64,000 nucleotides of DNA from a virus: IMG/VR virus record IMGVR_UViG_3300028584_001241; one strand, 5' to 3'. Below the pieces are notes generated by a model. It had not been told where the DNA came from, did no database searches, and saw only the letters and a program-made list of their open reading frames with translations. Positions 61,957 to 64,000 of this stretch are shown piece after piece. Numbering within the stretch: the first letter of the stretch is position 1; each line of letters begins with the position of its first letter. Position numbers and translations under genes: made by a program.

Positions 61957-63770
61957 ATTGATGGCCCTATTTTTTTGTTTTTAGTATCCTTTTCTTCTGA
62001 AAATAGATTATACTTTTCTTTCATTGTTTTACTTAACGTGTCCGTTAATTTAAAATGTTCAAAATCATTCTTTATAATTTCTAAATGCAATTGACTGTAG
62101 CTATCTAAAAATCTAAAATCATCATCATTTTTTAAATGGCTTGCTCTTATTGTTCCATCTTTATGTAAAGTAACGCCTATCATTGATGTATTATCTTCTT
62201 CTTTTTTATTAAAATCATACATGAAATATTGTCTTGAACCATTATTCGTATAACCACTAAAATAGCTTTCAGTTCGAGCAATACACCAAGAAACGGAGCC
62301 TAGTTTTTTAGACTTATCAAAATCATCAACATGAAAAATAACAACACCATCTTTACTGTAAGTAGGCGTTACACCCACCCCCATTAACTTAGCATTCAAA
62401 GATTCTTCATTAAAACTAGAAAAATGTATTTTAACTTTTTCTACATATTCAAAAAACTCATCTGGTGTTTTTAAGGCTGCCAGTTTCTTACCTATAAAAG
62501 TTTGTAATGATTGTTTAGATACACCTGACTCATAAAGACTTTTAAAGATATCACGCGAGTCGTCAGTTAATAAATGTTCATATTTTTTACTTAATATGCT
62601 TCCAACATACTGATTAATCTTGTGTTCAAGAATAACTGCGTTAAATATGTCATCGACAGCTTCTAAAGATTTTCCTTCTAGCTGAAGTACATTAATTCCA
62701 GATTTATTGATAACATCACTGTATTGTTGATAGGTGTCTAATACAGGTATAACTAATTCTACCGATTCAACATCAAGGAAGGTCTTAAAAAAGTTTGCAA
62801 TTTTTGGTTTTTTTCTAGACAGATGATTAATGATTGACTCTGCAAAGTATTTCTTTTCTTGTTCATAGACTCTATGAGAAATCGTATGAAGATATATACC
62901 AGAATCGACATAGGCATAAGATCCATCAATAAACAAAATATTATCAGGTCTTGATTGTCCTTTTAATTGAACTCTTACATCAATAATATCATCAAATTCT
63001 TTTGATTTTAAGAAGCTAGAAATACTACCATCATTTATAATTTGTGTTGAACAAAATTTTTCTGCGAGTGTTTTCATTGTCTCAGGACTTTTCTTTTTGA
63101 TAGCGGATTGTAGTAGTTGTATATCCTGTGTAATTAGATACAAACTGTGTTCATAATCTGATAAATGTTTATTAATACTGCTAACAAATAAATTTCCATC
63201 ATTAACTTTTTCATTATAAATGTCAATAAATTCATTCATTAAAATATTTACATATCTAAGGTTTTCTTTACTATTTTCAATTGCATCTACAATGCTTATT
63301 AAATCTCGAACAATCGCTGCAGTCTTTTTAAAATAGACTGCTATACCTTCCATCTCTTTTTTTAAATTTTCAAAATTTTGATTCGAATTAACACCATGTT
63401 TAGAAGAAAAGTCTAACCATTCCTTATAAATAGACAGTTGCCCATTAATATGACCTTTATCAATAACCCCATCATTATCATCAAAATCAAAATAGGTGTG
63501 TCTAAACAGTTCAGAGATTTCTTTATTCTTTAATTTTTTAGATAACGTATCATTACGCAGTACGTTTTCGAATTTATCAAAATGTATACTAAGATCAGTA
63601 AACGCATGTTTAAGGCTCGATACATAGAGAGTATTTGCTGATAACAATGGTAATTCTCTTGTAAATCCTAATAACTGTTCTGTTGTTAAACTTCTACTTT
63701 CAATTGTTGCAAAATGAGTTTCTAATTTACTTAAACTATCTTTTACTGTTTCATTTTCTTTAAAGTGCAT
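61953..63770 (-). CDS. WCI-motif protein (cassette 3); Lys-rich tail
   Basis: Start moved to MHFKENE (ATG 63770), matching 58559-60367; LGSVSWCIARTESYFSGYT. Confidence 0.85.
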   Translation of the reverse strand: MHFKENETVKDSLSKLETHFATIESRSLTTEQLLGFTRELPLLSANTLYVSSLKHAFTDLSIHFDKFENVLRNDTLSKKLKNKEISELFRHTYFDFDDNDGVIDKGHINGQLSIYKEWLDFSSKHGVNSNQNFENLKKEMEGIAVYFKKTAAIVRDLISIVDAIENSKENLRYVNILMNEFIDIYNEKVNDGNLFVSSINKHLSDYEHSLYLITQDIQLLQSAIKKKSPETMKTLAEKFCSTQIINDGSISSFLKSKEFDDIIDVRVQLKGQSRPDNILFIDGSYAYVDSGIYLHTISHRVYEQEKKYFAESIINHLSRKKPKIANFFKTFLDVESVELVIPVLDTYQQYSDVINKSGINVLQLEGKSLEAVDDIFNAVILEHKINQYVGSILSKKYEHLLTDDSRDIFKSLYESGVSKQSLQTFIGKKLAALKTPDEFFEYVEKVKIHFSSFNEESLNAKLMGVGVTPTYSKDGVVIFHVDDFDKSKKLGSVSWCIARTESYFSGYTNNGSRQYFMYDFNKKEEDNTSMIGVTLHKDGTIRASHLKNDDDFRFLDSYSQLHLEIIKNDFEHFKLTDTLSKTMKEKYNLFSEEKDTKNKKIGPSI

Positions 63771-64000
63771 AACAAATGGTTTATTGTTTTTTATATTATA
63801 GCATAAAATGGTTTTTTTTAAATAAGAATTATTGATTAGCTGTAAATATAATTTATAAATAAATAAAATTCGATTGTTATACATCAAGTTCAAATTTTAA
63901 TATAGAACGCAAAAATAACCAGCAGATAGTTTTAATTAAATGAGTGCAATGGTGTAGTAACCACAATATAAGTGTTGTTGATAGACTTATCAATTAGTTG

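Larger units (their letters stand above)
57018..63803 (-). repeat. tandem duplication of a ~3.4-kb two-gene cassette
   Basis: Same promoter type, gene order, ATGA coupling and protein homology in 57018-60402 and 60427-63803. Confidence 0.85.

Overview
Strongly AT-rich, gene-dense 64-kb piece of what looks like a very large mobile element: a jumbo/mega-phage or a megaplasmid, probably with a proteobacterial host judging from TrxB/ProRS/GAPDH style and sigma70-type promoters. There are no virion, replication or conjugation genes here, so phage versus plasmid cannot be decided. It opens with nine CCA-encoding tRNA genes that are all tRNA-Leu (including a rare AAG anticodon) and two tRNA-like non-tRNAs, one circularly permuted. 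About 59 CDS follow, mostly monocistronic or in short operons bounded by intrinsic terminators. Recognisable products: nucleoside 2-deoxyribosyltransferase, a 2326-aa lipase/RTX protein with two upstream lipoprotein paralogs, compact ProRS, SMI1/KNR4 protein, TrxB, AsnB-like amidotransferase, GAPDH, CNNM/CBS protein, trypsin-like lipoprotein, UvsE and a D-cysteine desulfhydrase/ACC-deaminase-family enzyme. The rest are orphan paralog families. Best leads: (1) 15 orphan proteins share a C-terminal hydrophobic-hydrophobic-x-M-x-x-[I/V/F]-stop motif, while a second, disjoint set ends in Lys-rich tails and mostly uses SD-less extended -10 promoters, suggesting two C-terminal address-label systems; (2) a permuted tRNA mimic with Y-RNA-like architecture; (3) an un-annotated Pro-codon leader peptide with attenuator geometry upstream of proS; (4) a small RNA with an anti-Shine-Dalgarno seed under a Fur-box-like palindrome. 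All functional assignments were made by eye from motifs; no searches were run.
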